From Microcoleus sp. (GTDB taxonomy: Bacteria; Cyanobacteriota; Cyanobacteriia; Cyanobacteriales; Microcoleaceae), in NCBI GenBank assembly GCA_052279835.1, contig CP181291.1, positions 2,848,001 to 2,912,000 of the forward strand: a DNA stretch of 64,000 nt, in the 5' to 3' direction. Numbering within the stretch: position 1 is the first letter of the stretch; each line of letters starts with the position of its first letter. Shown here one piece after another: positions 30,167 through 40,478 of the stretch. The position numbers were made by a program, and so were the translations under genes. The notes under the pieces are model-generated. The model saw only the letters and a program-made list of their open reading frames with translations. It ran no database searches and was not told where the DNA came from.

Positions 30167-33100
30167 CTACCGAATTACCGCTAGAGCACCAGCACCGGCG
30201 GCTGCCGCGGCCGAGGAAAGTGCGGTAAAAAACAGCCACCAAGCCGCCACTTCTGCTGCTTTGCGGGTTTCTTCGGCTTGTTTTTCCGCTTGCAATTTGA
30301 TACTTTCCAGGCGAATCTGTGCTTCTTGCTGCAAGCGTTCAGCTCTTTGCAGGACTGTGTTTCGGCTTCTTTCGATCTGGTCTATCAAGCGGTTGGCGTC
30401 TGCTTCGGAGATATCGTCCCGGGAACTAATGAGTGCTACTAAAGTATCCCGGTTGAAGTGTCCCAACCGATCGCGCAAAGCTTCAAATCCAGCTTGGGGA
30501 TCGTCAAATAACTTACGAACATCCTTGGTAATACCTTCGTAGTTGAGTTCTGGGCGATCGAGCGAATTGAGATAATCCCGAACTTTTGCCAGAATCCCGT
30601 CAATTACCGACTGAATTCGCTCCTGAATTATCTGAATTTGCTGTTGGAATTGGTCGCGCACTGACAAAACTTGATCGACAATGCGATTGGCTTCGGCTTC
30701 CGAAATATCCGGCCGCTGAGACAGCAGAGAAACTACTGTAGCGCGATCGATATGGGACAGTCGTTCACCTAAACTGTAAGCCCCGACTTTCGGATCGTGC
30801 AGCAACAATTGCAAATCGCGCTTGATGGCTTCCGGATTCAATTCATCCTTGCCAGTATTCCGCAAATAATCTTCTAAAACACCCTGAAAATCCTGAACTT
30901 GACTTTGCATCCGCCTTGCCAAACGGCGGGGCGATTTCACAATCGAGCCGATGGTATCCTGCACTTGGTCGATAATTTGATTGACTTGTTCTTCGGTCAA
31001 ATCTTCTCTTTGAGAAAGCAGTTTTACCAAAGTATCGCGGTCAAAGTTCGACAGACGACCTCGCAGGGCTAAAGCTCCTTCTTTGGGATTTTCCATCAAT
31101 TTAGTCAAATCGCGCTTAATCCCTTCAGGATTCAGTTCAGACTTGCCAGTATTTCGCAGATAATCTGCCAGGGCAGTAGTTGTTTCGTCGTACTGTTCCT
31201 TAGCTTTGTCAGCGATCTTTTGCGGTGCATTCAGCGCACTGTGCCAAGTCTCTTCGGCGCTGTCGAGGAGTTGATTTACTTGGTCTTCGCTGAGGTCTTT
31301 CCGCTGAGATAGCAATTGTACCAAGGTTTCGCGATCGAACTTAGAAGCTCTCGATCTCAGCGCCCACATTCCCGCTTCTGGATTGTTTAACAGAGTTTTA
31401 AAATCTCGCTGAATCCCTGCGGGGTTGAGTTCTTCTTTTCCGGTAGATTGCAAGTATTCTTGCACTTTTTGCCACTGATTGTCTAGGCGGACTTGGGCGG
31501 CTTCTTGCAGACCTTTGGCATCTGCTAAAACTACATCTTTTGTCCTTTCCAACTCCTTAACAATCTGTTCTACTTCTTGAAAGCCGAAGTTTTCCCGACC
31601 TCTGAGGATTTGGATAAAACTATCACGATTGTAGGGAGCAAGCCGCTCGCTCAAGTGTTCGTAACTAGCATCGGAGTCTTCGAGGATTTTCTTGAACTCC
31701 TTACCAATACCTGCTGCTGTCAGTTCCTCTTTTGGTGTTAACTTCAAATAAGTTTCCACTCGCCACTGCAAATCCCGGACTTTTTCTTGTTCCTCCGCAA
31801 ACATAACAGTGTTTAAAACTCGCTGTCTAATTGCGTCTAATTCATTGGTGATTTCTTTGATTTTGCTTTGAGTAAATACTCCTCTGCTGGCCAGAATTTC
31901 CGCAAATTTTGACTTGTTGAGTTTTTCTAATTCGCGGCGAACTGTTCCCGCATCTGCACTAGGATCGTAGAGCACATCTCTAAAATCCCGCTCGATGGTT
32001 TGCGGGTTCATTTGCCAGGAATAAGCATTAAGAAGGTAGTTTTCTACATCGGCTCGAATTGGGCTGTAAGTTTCCGGTTCACCTTTGACTTGAGCGGTGA
32101 TTTTATCAGTTTGCTGGCTAACTTTATCTTTGGCTGTTTTGAGTTGACCGACTACTTTTTCCACATCAAAGTCAGAAATATCTGTGCGTCCCAATACGAT
32201 TCCCATTAAAGCATTGACTGCCATTGTCGTTGCTTGGGACATCATTGTGGGGTTTTGTCCTTGATTTTGACCGCCAAGATTTCCGAGTGCTTGTTCTACC
32301 CTACTTGTCAATTTATCTGAGAGCAATTCTCCCGATTTTGCAGACTTGAAATATTCTACTAATTGGGCGATACCGTCTGTTTGCTGGCCCTGTTTTCCTA
32401 CTTGTTTCCAAGCGTCTTGGAGTTGGTCTACAATGCGGTTGACATCGCGTTTTGAGAGGTCCGATCGCGAACTGACTAATTCTACAAGGGTTTGGCGATC
32501 GAGATTAGGCAAATTCTCGCCGGCTATAGACTTGAGTTGCGGATCGTTGAGCAACTTTTCAAATTCACTCCGCATCCCTTTGATGTCTAATTCAGGCGGT
32601 TTGAGGCTTTGAATGTAGTCTTCGACGTTTTCCCGTAAACTTATGGGATCGATCGCGCTACCGAGTTCATGGCCCACTGCTGCGGCTGCGGCTTTGGCTG
32701 TGGCCACCACTTGATTGCTGGCTGCTTTTGCGCCCAGGGCGGCGGCGGCGGTGCCGACAATCGCTTGAAAGCCTGATGTGGCGGTGTTGACGACGGAACC
32801 AATCAGGGAACCAACGGTGGTGGAGCTCACCCACACCAGCATAGAGAAATAGGTTGCCCAGACAACTAAACCGACGATCGCACCTAAGCCGGGGCTGCTA
32901 ATCAAACTCAGTTTAACTGCTAGCAAGCAGGCGAAGAAGAGGGCGACGGTAACAGTGATTAGCGTCCAAGTTCCTACTTTTTTGCCGATGTGGCGCACTG
33001 GAGGGCTGTCGCTGTGAGAATGGGAACTGTCATGGGATTGATTTCCCATGTAAGAAAGGCCGGCTGCTACTGATAAGTTGGTTAGCAAGAGTTGGAAGGC

Positions 33101-33262
33101 GAAAGCCAGTACCACTCCTGCGATTAACGCAATAAAAAATTGCGGCCCGGAATACAAGAGTGCTGCGTCTTCTGCGGTACTCACAGTCCGCTCTGCTGGC
33201 ACTTGGGCCAGCCAGAGGCTGATATTATAGATTTGTGAAGTTATTGGCAAGTTTTGATACAT
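30167..33262 (-). CDS. Large membrane-anchored protein with ~7 helical repeats of ~100 aa
   Basis: N-terminal TM bundle, repeated YL..ELNP.GI.RD...LL.DP...DR.TLV.LLSQR.D, C-terminal TM. Confidence 0.85.
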   Translation of the reverse strand: MYQNLPITSQIYNISLWLAQVPAERTVSTAEDAALLYSGPQFFIALIAGVVLAFAFQLLLTNLSVAAGLSYMGNQSHDSSHSHSDSPPVRHIGKKVGTWTLITVTVALFFACLLAVKLSLISSPGLGAIVGLVVWATYFSMLVWVSSTTVGSLIGSVVNTATSGFQAIVGTAAAALGAKAASNQVVATAKAAAAAVGHELGSAIDPISLRENVEDYIQSLKPPELDIKGMRSEFEKLLNDPQLKSIAGENLPNLDRQTLVELVSSRSDLSKRDVNRIVDQLQDAWKQVGKQGQQTDGIAQLVEYFKSAKSGELLSDKLTSRVEQALGNLGGQNQGQNPTMMSQATTMAVNALMGIVLGRTDISDFDVEKVVGQLKTAKDKVSQQTDKITAQVKGEPETYSPIRADVENYLLNAYSWQMNPQTIERDFRDVLYDPSADAGTVRRELEKLNKSKFAEILASRGVFTQSKIKEITNELDAIRQRVLNTVMFAEEQEKVRDLQWRVETYLKLTPKEELTAAGIGKEFKKILEDSDASYEHLSERLAPYNRDSFIQILRGRENFGFQEVEQIVKELERTKDVVLADAKGLQEAAQVRLDNQWQKVQEYLQSTGKEELNPAGIQRDFKTLLNNPEAGMWALRSRASKFDRETLVQLLSQRKDLSEDQVNQLLDSAEETWHSALNAPQKIADKAKEQYDETTTALADYLRNTGKSELNPEGIKRDLTKLMENPKEGALALRGRLSNFDRDTLVKLLSQREDLTEEQVNQIIDQVQDTIGSIVKSPRRLARRMQSQVQDFQGVLEDYLRNTGKDELNPEAIKRDLQLLLHDPKVGAYSLGERLSHIDRATVVSLLSQRPDISEAEANRIVDQVLSVRDQFQQQIQIIQERIQSVIDGILAKVRDYLNSLDRPELNYEGITKDVRKLFDDPQAGFEALRDRLGHFNRDTLVALISSRDDISEADANRLIDQIERSRNTVLQRAERLQQEAQIRLESIKLQAEKQAEETRKAAEVAAWWLFFTALSSAAAAAGAGALAVIR

Positions 33263-33455
33263 AGTATATTCCTCGTTCAGGTGCGGGTTCGCATAATTGA
33301 GTTGGCGCGCGATCGGCTAATGTATAGTTTCTGTTTTTTGCCCTCAATGCCAAGCATCACCTGATTAACGAGCTAAAGCATCCCCCTACAGTCGGAAGTG
33401 TATAAATATGTCTGTGGCTAGCTGTCACTTTAGGAATAATTGTGCTATATGAAAC

Positions 33456-33565
33456 TTTACGAGTAGTCAGAAACCGGGTTTTTGCGAAAATACTTCGTTA
33501 CACCTCGTAAAAACTGCTAAAAACCCGGTTTCTTTGGTTTACGAGTAGTCAGAAACCGGGTTTTT
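33456..33565. repeat. 28-bp exact direct repeat pair with an internal inverted copy of the AGAAACCGGGTTT core
   Basis: TTTACGAGTAGTCAGAAACCGGGTTTTT at 33456 and 33538; AAAAACCCGGTTTCT at ~33518; related palindrome ~63955-63985. Confidence 0.85.
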
Positions 33566-33723
33566 TACCGAGATACTGCATTTAATTTGTCTACACTCAA
33601 CACGAAATCTAGAAGTTGCCAGTAGATTTTAACTTCAGTCGATGCTAAAATCAAAATAGTCATATCAAATCCTCATTCCACTATCACCGACTGGAGTTCA
33701 GGCAATTATTCTGTATCATTAAA

Positions 33724-34350
33724 ATGGAACCTTGGGATAATCAGCTAGATAGCAACGACTCACAAGAAACAGTAGTCATTGATACCGATGGCGAAGTTAT
33801 CTTCTATCCCAATTTTTTTAATATCCAAGAGAGCGATCGGCTTTTTTCAGCTTTACATTCTAGTGTTAAATGGCGACAAGATACCATTTATTTTTATGGA
33901 AAAACGATACCTTTACCCAGACTCACAAGTTGGTATGGAGATGAAAGTAAATCCTATATATATTCCGGTATACAACAGCATCCCGAACCTTGGACTCCCA
34001 CACTAACTTCAATTAAATTAAAGGCTGAAGAAATATCAAAAATTACTTTTAATAGCGTTCTTATCAATCTATATCGTGATGGTAAAGATAGCGTTTCCTG
34101 GCATAGCGATGACGAACCAGAACTAGGTAAAAATCCGATTATAGCCTCCATTAGCCTTGGGGGAACTCGCCGATTTTCCTTAAGGCATAAAACATCAAAA
34201 TACTCCCAAATTGATATTGATTTACCCAAGGGTAGTTTGCTGTTAATGAAAGGCGAAACCCAGCACTTCTGGAAACATCAAATTGCTAAAACTGCTAAAT
34301 CGGTTGAACCCAGAATCAATCTAACTTTTAGAGTTATCAAACCAGTTTAA
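33724..34350 (+). CDS. alkB: 2OG-Fe(II) dioxygenase, AlkB family (ALKBH2/3-like)
   Basis: NSVLINLYRDGKDSVSWHSDDE, WKHQI, RINLTFR. Confidence 0.92.
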   Translation: MEPWDNQLDSNDSQETVVIDTDGEVIFYPNFFNIQESDRLFSALHSSVKWRQDTIYFYGKTIPLPRLTSWYGDESKSYIYSGIQQHPEPWTPTLTSIKLKAEEISKITFNSVLINLYRDGKDSVSWHSDDEPELGKNPIIASISLGGTRRFSLRHKTSKYSQIDIDLPKGSLLLMKGETQHFWKHQIAKTAKSVEPRINLTFRVIKPV

Positions 34351-34451
34351 AATAAAGAAAACAAAATTTAATCAAATTATGAAAAATTTAATTTTACTAG
34401 GAACCTTAAGTTTTAGTATTGCTTTTAGTTTAAGTATAGTAGTAGAAAAAA

Positions 34452-34916
34452 ATGTTAATAGATTCAATTACACTCATTGAGCCTTCTGAAGTAGCTTTAA
34501 ATCGGGGCATTTTACATATAAATCATTTGAGTTTATATTCAAATCCAATAAATATTAAATCACTTAATAAAAAACTTCAATATTTAAAAAAAGATGATTT
34601 ATATACATTAAATCAAAACATAAAATTACATATTTTTTCAAACATATTAGATGTTACAGGCTTTGAAATCAATAATTTGGCTAATACTATTAAAGAAAGT
34701 CAATCAGGAATCAACTATTTTATTTGTGTGAGTCCTACAGATTTACATAATAGAATTCAACTATTTTTTGATTTTTGGAATAAAACTGGATGTCCTCTAG
34801 AAGAAATACAATTATCATCAGAAGATTTGTATTATGACACATGGAGATTTAAATCAGATAAATTTCAGCGTGATAAAATTCATCGGGTTCAAAAGCTATT
34901 TTATGTTAACTTATAA
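34452..34916 (+). CDS. AT-rich hypothetical protein, possibly a truncated methyltransferase-like fragment
   Basis: ITLIEPSEVAL, LHIFSNILDV, YFICVSP; very low GC. Confidence 0.5.
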   Translation: MLIDSITLIEPSEVALNRGILHINHLSLYSNPINIKSLNKKLQYLKKDDLYTLNQNIKLHIFSNILDVTGFEINNLANTIKESQSGINYFICVSPTDLHNRIQLFFDFWNKTGCPLEEIQLSSEDLYYDTWRFKSDKFQRDKIHRVQKLFYVNL

Positions 34917-35068
34917 AAACTATCTATGATACTTATATTTTTGTTTATTTATTATACTGTTCTCTATTCTCTCACTCTGTGTCCTCTGTGTTCTAGAAAG
35001 GTTAAATCATTCCGATATTGTAGACGGAAACGATATAAATGCGATTGCAATCGAAGATTATTGTGTCT

Positions 35069-36178
35069 CTACAAGCGCTTAACCAATATCCATCGCAACT
35101 CCATTGGCGGCGTTTCCTGCATTGGAAATAAATCGCGGCCGCTAGCCCAACTCAAAAACCAACTTGTCGGTGGCCAAGCTTCCTTCGGCAAATGCTTCTG
35201 TTCATATTCAATTACCGATTCATCAGATACAATTTCCAAAGGCAAACCCTCAATTGCCTCCGACAACTCCTCTCTAGTAATCAAATAAGACCAAGACTGT
35301 TCCGACATTTGTTTCGCCATATCATCTGGTTCATATCCATCTACAGCCAAGAAAGCACTAAATAAAATAAACCCGCCACTTAAAACCGAATCAGACATTT
35401 TTCCCAGGAACAAACGCACTTGTTCTGTGTGGCGGAAATGCGACAAAACTTCCGTAGCAATGGCTAACTTATAGCGATAGGTTTTAATCCTCAATAAGGG
35501 ATCTAAAACATCACCTTGGGTTACAGTAATCGGCAAATTTTCTGCTGTGGCTGCGGCTGACAATTTTTCGGCAAAAATGGGTGTTAATTCGATCGCATCT
35601 ACAGCATAGCCCAACCTCGCCAAAGGCAGACTATTGCGCCCAGGGCCCGCACCGACATCTAAAATCGGCCATTTCCCCGCTTCCCCTAATCCCGCCACAA
35701 TCGCCATCACCTTCGCATCGGGATGACTACCAAATAAAGGCTCAGGACGAATCTGCGGCCAGCTATGATATTTATCCGCCATAGATTCGACTTGAATCTT
35801 GGTATTGATAGTAACTCCCCCACTTAAACCAGTTTGAGCATTTGCCGGAAAATAAGACACAATCAAAGTAGCGTGGGGCGACTGTTTGAATCCTTCCGCT
35901 AAGGCATTACCAAGCAATGTTTTTAAACTTTCAGTTTCGGGATAGCCAAGATTTTGTCCAACCAGTTTTAAGAAATCTGACAACAATTTCAGATAATCAT
36001 CCAGCATCGACGGCACACAAGGCAAATGAAATTCTCCATTCACATTGATGCCTCTTTTGAGCTTTTCTGTGAGTGCTAATTTAAGACGCGAATTATTAGT
36101 CAGCGGCACCGTATTTTTAGGTAATTCGCTGACAGATAATTCTGATGTAGATGCAACACTGCTAATTTTTTTAGTCAC
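35069..36178 (-). CDS. Class I SAM-dependent methyltransferase
   Basis: ILDVGAGPGRNSLPLA, VDAIEL. Confidence 0.88.
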   Translation of the reverse strand: MTKKISSVASTSELSVSELPKNTVPLTNNSRLKLALTEKLKRGINVNGEFHLPCVPSMLDDYLKLLSDFLKLVGQNLGYPETESLKTLLGNALAEGFKQSPHATLIVSYFPANAQTGLSGGVTINTKIQVESMADKYHSWPQIRPEPLFGSHPDAKVMAIVAGLGEAGKWPILDVGAGPGRNSLPLARLGYAVDAIELTPIFAEKLSAAATAENLPITVTQGDVLDPLLRIKTYRYKLAIATEVLSHFRHTEQVRLFLGKMSDSVLSGGFILFSAFLAVDGYEPDDMAKQMSEQSWSYLITREELSEAIEGLPLEIVSDESVIEYEQKHLPKEAWPPTSWFLSWASGRDLFPMQETPPMELRWILVKRL

Positions 36179-36187
36179 AATATTTCT

Positions 36188-36236
36188 TAGTCCGCGTAGG
36201 CGGACTTTGTTTGTGTAGACGCGGTTTCAACCGCCG
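36188..36236. repeat. Dispersed palindromic repeat
   Basis: AGTCCGCGTAGGCGGACT hairpin plus GCGGTTTCAACCGC hairpin. Confidence 0.7.
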
Positions 36237-36247
36237 AGTAATCTTTG

Positions 36248-37459
36248 CTAAGAATCCTTCATCGCGCCCTGAAACAACGCCACTAAATTCTTCGCTTCCA
36301 AAGCCACATCATGCTGCTGAGCAACCCGCAAAGCTCCCGCCTTCCCCATCTGTTCCAACCGTTCCACAGGTACCTCCAAAGCCTCCTGCATTGCATCAGC
36401 TAGCGCCTCTACAGAACCAGCAGGAATCAACCAACCGCAAACTCCAGGCTCCACGAGTTCCGGGATACCAGCCACATAGGTACTAATCACAGGTCTGCTA
36501 AGAGCCAATGCTTCCATAATTACCACGGGTAAACCTTCGGCAAAACTGGGCAAAACCATCGCTCGTGCAGCTAAAATCTGCTGCTGAACTTGAGCGCTAT
36601 CGGCCCATCCTGTAATTTCTAAATGATTTTGTAATCCATATTGGTCGATCGCCTTTTCAATATCCGATCGCAACGGCCCATCACCTACCAAGATTAACTT
36701 AAACTGCAAACCAAGGCTAGCCAACTTACGCGCAGCTTCCACCAACAGCAAATGACCCTTTTGTTCGCTGAGTCGGCCAATACAAACTAAACGAGGTTCG
36801 GAAGTGACCGGAATATAGGGTAAATCCAAAAATGCAGCATCTACGCCACAGTGAATTACATGAATTTTAGACCAAAAAGCGCGATCGCACCACCGATACA
36901 ACTGACTTTTGCCAAAAGAACTAACCGCCGCCACAAAAGCCGCCCGCTTAATTTTTTCCTCAAAGCCAAGAATTGTAGCCTTGTCGAATTCTTCAGGACC
37001 ATGAACCGTAAAACTGTAACTAGGGCCACCTAGGACCCGACACAACATCGCTACAGTGGTTGAATTTGTGCCAAAGTGAGCGTGAACGTGTTTGACTCCC
37101 TGGCTGGAAAACCAATTTAATAGCACACAGGCTTCAGCAAAGTAAGCTAGATGAAGTATGATACCGCGATCGGAATGCCAACCTACTTTAAACATTAACC
37201 CTAAAGCTTCCACAAACCGAATAGGTCTAGTTATCGCCACCCGCAGCAAACCCGATACTAAGCCCAGAACACCAACTCCTAAAACAATCTGAGTCTGTTC
37301 TTGCTCTTTTTTGTCTCCTTCGTCCACCAGTTCCGACTCGCAGGAGCGAATTGAAAAACGGGCAACTTTCATACCACAATTCTCTACAGCCAAAATTTCT
37401 CGGCGGACAAAACTGTGACTGACTTTGGGATATTGATTAACTAAATAAGCAATGGTCAT
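36248..37459 (-). CDS. Glycosyltransferase family 4 (WcaL-like)
   Basis: YPKVSHSFVRRE, HVHAHFG, GRLSEQKG, EGLPVVIMEA. Confidence 0.93.
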   Translation of the reverse strand: MTIAYLVNQYPKVSHSFVRREILAVENCGMKVARFSIRSCESELVDEGDKKEQEQTQIVLGVGVLGLVSGLLRVAITRPIRFVEALGLMFKVGWHSDRGIILHLAYFAEACVLLNWFSSQGVKHVHAHFGTNSTTVAMLCRVLGGPSYSFTVHGPEEFDKATILGFEEKIKRAAFVAAVSSFGKSQLYRWCDRAFWSKIHVIHCGVDAAFLDLPYIPVTSEPRLVCIGRLSEQKGHLLLVEAARKLASLGLQFKLILVGDGPLRSDIEKAIDQYGLQNHLEITGWADSAQVQQQILAARAMVLPSFAEGLPVVIMEALALSRPVISTYVAGIPELVEPGVCGWLIPAGSVEALADAMQEALEVPVERLEQMGKAGALRVAQQHDVALEAKNLVALFQGAMKDS

Positions 37460-37729
37460 GGGCCTGTCTGAAAATGCTGTGGTTCAACTGAGATAATTCT
37501 AGCCTGCTAATCCCTGGGAAATTTAAGATGAGAGATTTGAGATAGCCAAACCCCAAAAAATCACCCCACAGACCAATCCGGGGCTCAGAGGACTCCATGA
37601 AGTTAGACCGACAGAGACTTTGACTATCCTTGTTCACAAAGCCTCTCTCGGTCTAGCTTAACTTAATTTTGGTAATCTTAAAGTCCATCGGCCCTCCAGC
37701 AATCACCTATCTCTTCAGAGATTGCTGAT

Positions 37730-38491
37730 TTAGCCATCACAGAAAGGTGTTTTATAATAACCTAATTTTTGTTCTACAATCAATCTGAAAAAAGGCAGAG
37801 CATCAACCAAATATCTTTTCCACAGCCTTCTCGGTTCACTTAACAATCTGTAAGCCCATTCTATGCCAACTTCGCTCATCCATTTGGGAGACCGGGCTTT
37901 GCAACCAGCTTCAAAATCAATAGTTGCACCTATTGCCAAGAAAACTTTGATATTTGTCAGTTTGTCTCTATACTTAACCAACCATTTCTCTTGCTTAGGC
38001 GCACCTACTCCGATTGCCAATACTGTCGCTCCTGATTGATTAATAATGTCAATTATTTTTTCACACTCTTCTTCATTTTTTTCAAACCCAAAGGAAGGAG
38101 AATAGGCAGCAACTACTATTTTTCTACCCACTTTTTGGTTAATTTCTTCCTGAGCTTTAATTGCCACCCCTTCCGCAGCTCCTAGTAAGAAAATCTTAAT
38201 ATCTTCACTATCTTTGTGATAGTTATAAAATGCGGGAAATAAGTCAGAACCCGAAATTTTTTCTTGGATAGGAGTACCCAAAAATCTTGAGGCATACATC
38301 AAGATCTGACTATCGCAAACTCTATAATCACAGCTATTATAAGCTTCGTAAAAATCGCGGTCATACTGCAATTTAATTAAATGGTCTACATTGGGGGTAA
38401 ATACGACACCGCCTCCTTCTTTTAGCTTTTCAAACAGTTCTGTGATGGAACAATTATCAACCGGTACATTCAATAAATTAACAACTTTCAT
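37730..38491 (-). CDS. WecB/TagA/CpsF family glycosyltransferase (GT26)
   Basis: TPNVDH, GSDLF, GVGAPKQEKW, EPRRLWKRY. Confidence 0.95.
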   Translation of the reverse strand: MKVVNLLNVPVDNCSITELFEKLKEGGGVVFTPNVDHLIKLQYDRDFYEAYNSCDYRVCDSQILMYASRFLGTPIQEKISGSDLFPAFYNYHKDSEDIKIFLLGAAEGVAIKAQEEINQKVGRKIVVAAYSPSFGFEKNEEECEKIIDIINQSGATVLAIGVGAPKQEKWLVKYRDKLTNIKVFLAIGATIDFEAGCKARSPKWMSEVGIEWAYRLLSEPRRLWKRYLVDALPFFRLIVEQKLGYYKTPFCDG

Positions 38492-38791
38492 TTTGGATTT
38501 CCCTCAATTTTTTATACTCTACTAAGACTCACACTAGAAATTCGTCACTCCACATTTTAGCGAGCTGGCGAATCTACTTTTCTTCATTATATCCTTTTCC
38601 CTTAGTCCTTGAGGATGTCTTTTTAAAGATTGTGTAAAGAATTCTGGATTTCCGGCCAAGAATCAATAAAGATACTAGATTTTATAATTGACAACATAGG
38701 TCATAAAAATAATATTTTTTAACTAGGGCTATATTTCAAGCCCGGACTATAATCAGCGCTAGGCGCGTGCCTAGTCAAACGATACTCAGAT

Positions 38792-40177
38792 TTAGTGGTG
38801 GGTTGTTGACACTCGTGATTTTTGTGAACTCAAAGACCGTCTAGGTAAGGGCGAACTGGTTTTCTTTGGCTTAAGACTTTCGGTATCTTTTAAGATCACA
38901 CCAGCTATTCCTCCAGCAATCAGCGTAAAAATTGGGTTAGTCATAGCATTCAAAACACAGTCAAACGCATACATAGTTAAAGCTACTCCCAGGACAGCCG
39001 CTGGCGCGACTTTCGGGTTAGACCAGGTTCGGGCTGGATATTTGAAACAAAAGGCGATCACAGGTAATAGCAGAGAAGAAAATAAACTCGTTAAACCCAC
39101 TACGCCGTTGACGCCAAAAGCAATAATCCACAAGCTGTCAGTTACGGATACATCATCACCGTACTCATTGTATACGCGGTTGCCTCCCGAATCGCCCCAG
39201 CCAAAAAGAAATCTTAGTCGCGCTTTATTGCCCAATATCTCTTCATTTTGAAATCTAAACCCCAGAGATGCTGCTCGTTCTTCGCCAAATATTTGAGAGA
39301 TAAAGCTAATCACTTCTTCACTAGAAAATTGACCAGAGGCAGCTAAATAAAGGTAGAAAATGATATATCCAATTATCAACAACAATGGCAAAGATGTTTT
39401 GAAAATTTTGGCGCTGAACAAGACGACTAGCGACATTGCAAATAAACTGTAAGCCCCAGTAGAACGGCACAATAAAAAAGCGATAATTAGTACAATTACC
39501 AAAGTCTTCATATTGCGCCCCTGAAACTTCTTGAGGACTCCAGTTTGCCACAACCAAAATCCCACTAAAGCAGCAGCCATCATCCACAGCCCCACCATCA
39601 AACCGTGCTGCATGAATACTACCGGTCTCCACCCCCCCATGCGTCTGGCCTGACCCCAGTCTTCAAAAGCATTGACACCGTAAACCATCTGGTGCAGAAT
39701 CGGCCCCCTAACCCCTTCAATCATCGTAAAAGGAATGTAGGCTAACCCACCTGCAAAAATGCCGATCGCTAACTGTCGCAACCCATCTAAACTATTGAGA
39801 TACAAACGCCCTAAAAGAAAAGGCATCCCCCAAGCAACAATTTGGTTTAAAGTTGGTGACAAGGGGCTTCCACCATTAGTAACTTGCGAAGCAATCGGGC
39901 ATAAACAGCAAATTACTATAGGTACATCTATCCAGCCTGGCTTCAAAGAGCTGAATCGCGTAGTATCGTAAACCAGAGTACCCAGCAAGACACCGTAGCA
40001 AGCTGCTGACATCTTGTTATAGGGAGGTAATCCCGGCAGGCTTAGAGAAACTTGGGGTAAAAACTGCCACGCTACAATTAGACTTACGATTACTGCTCGC
40101 TGAGTAGGGAACCTGACAAACAGATACAAAACGACTGGAATCCAGCCGTACATCACAATTGGAATCAATGCTGCCAT
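38792..40177 (-). CDS. O-antigen ligase/Wzy-like polysaccharide polymerase
   Basis: Many TM helices, WRPVVF, CRSTGA, SLGFRFQNE, TDSLWI; lies in a GT cluster. Confidence 0.8.
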   Translation of the reverse strand: MAALIPIVMYGWIPVVLYLFVRFPTQRAVIVSLIVAWQFLPQVSLSLPGLPPYNKMSAACYGVLLGTLVYDTTRFSSLKPGWIDVPIVICCLCPIASQVTNGGSPLSPTLNQIVAWGMPFLLGRLYLNSLDGLRQLAIGIFAGGLAYIPFTMIEGVRGPILHQMVYGVNAFEDWGQARRMGGWRPVVFMQHGLMVGLWMMAAALVGFWLWQTGVLKKFQGRNMKTLVIVLIIAFLLCRSTGAYSLFAMSLVVLFSAKIFKTSLPLLLIIGYIIFYLYLAASGQFSSEEVISFISQIFGEERAASLGFRFQNEEILGNKARLRFLFGWGDSGGNRVYNEYGDDVSVTDSLWIIAFGVNGVVGLTSLFSSLLLPVIAFCFKYPARTWSNPKVAPAAVLGVALTMYAFDCVLNAMTNPIFTLIAGGIAGVILKDTESLKPKKTSSPLPRRSLSSQKSRVSTTHH

Positions 40178-40478
40178 AGACGTGGTGTGCCAAGTTTATT
40201 GCAAATCAGTTTTAGTTATCACAAATCTAACCTGTCACAGCGCGAGTTAGGACTGACCCCTGGGGTCAAGTCACCGAGTTTAATGGATGAAAACGAAAAT
40301 ACATAGGTTGCAAGACTGAAGCAGAGGAAACAAAAAATACAGGGTTGGGGGTGGGCTCTGGTGTTTGTTCCCAATTTTTGTACTTAGTTACCGCTCTTTA
40401 GTTTTCTTGTCACTTTAATTGTACGATCGATAACCCCATCAAGTCACACACCCTAGATACCCTCTCAGATAGCCAATG

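Noticed and set aside
30167..33262. MFS transporter call
   Set aside because: Far fewer than 12 TM helices and no MFS motif A
33456..33565. 28-bp direct repeats as a CRISPR mini-array
   Set aside because: Only two copies, the 54-bp spacer contains an inverted copy of the repeat core, and no cas genes are present; fits a dispersed palindromic repeat
34926..35288. 120-aa plus-strand ORF
   Set aside because: Mostly antisense to the methyltransferase and starts in repeat-derived low-complexity sequence
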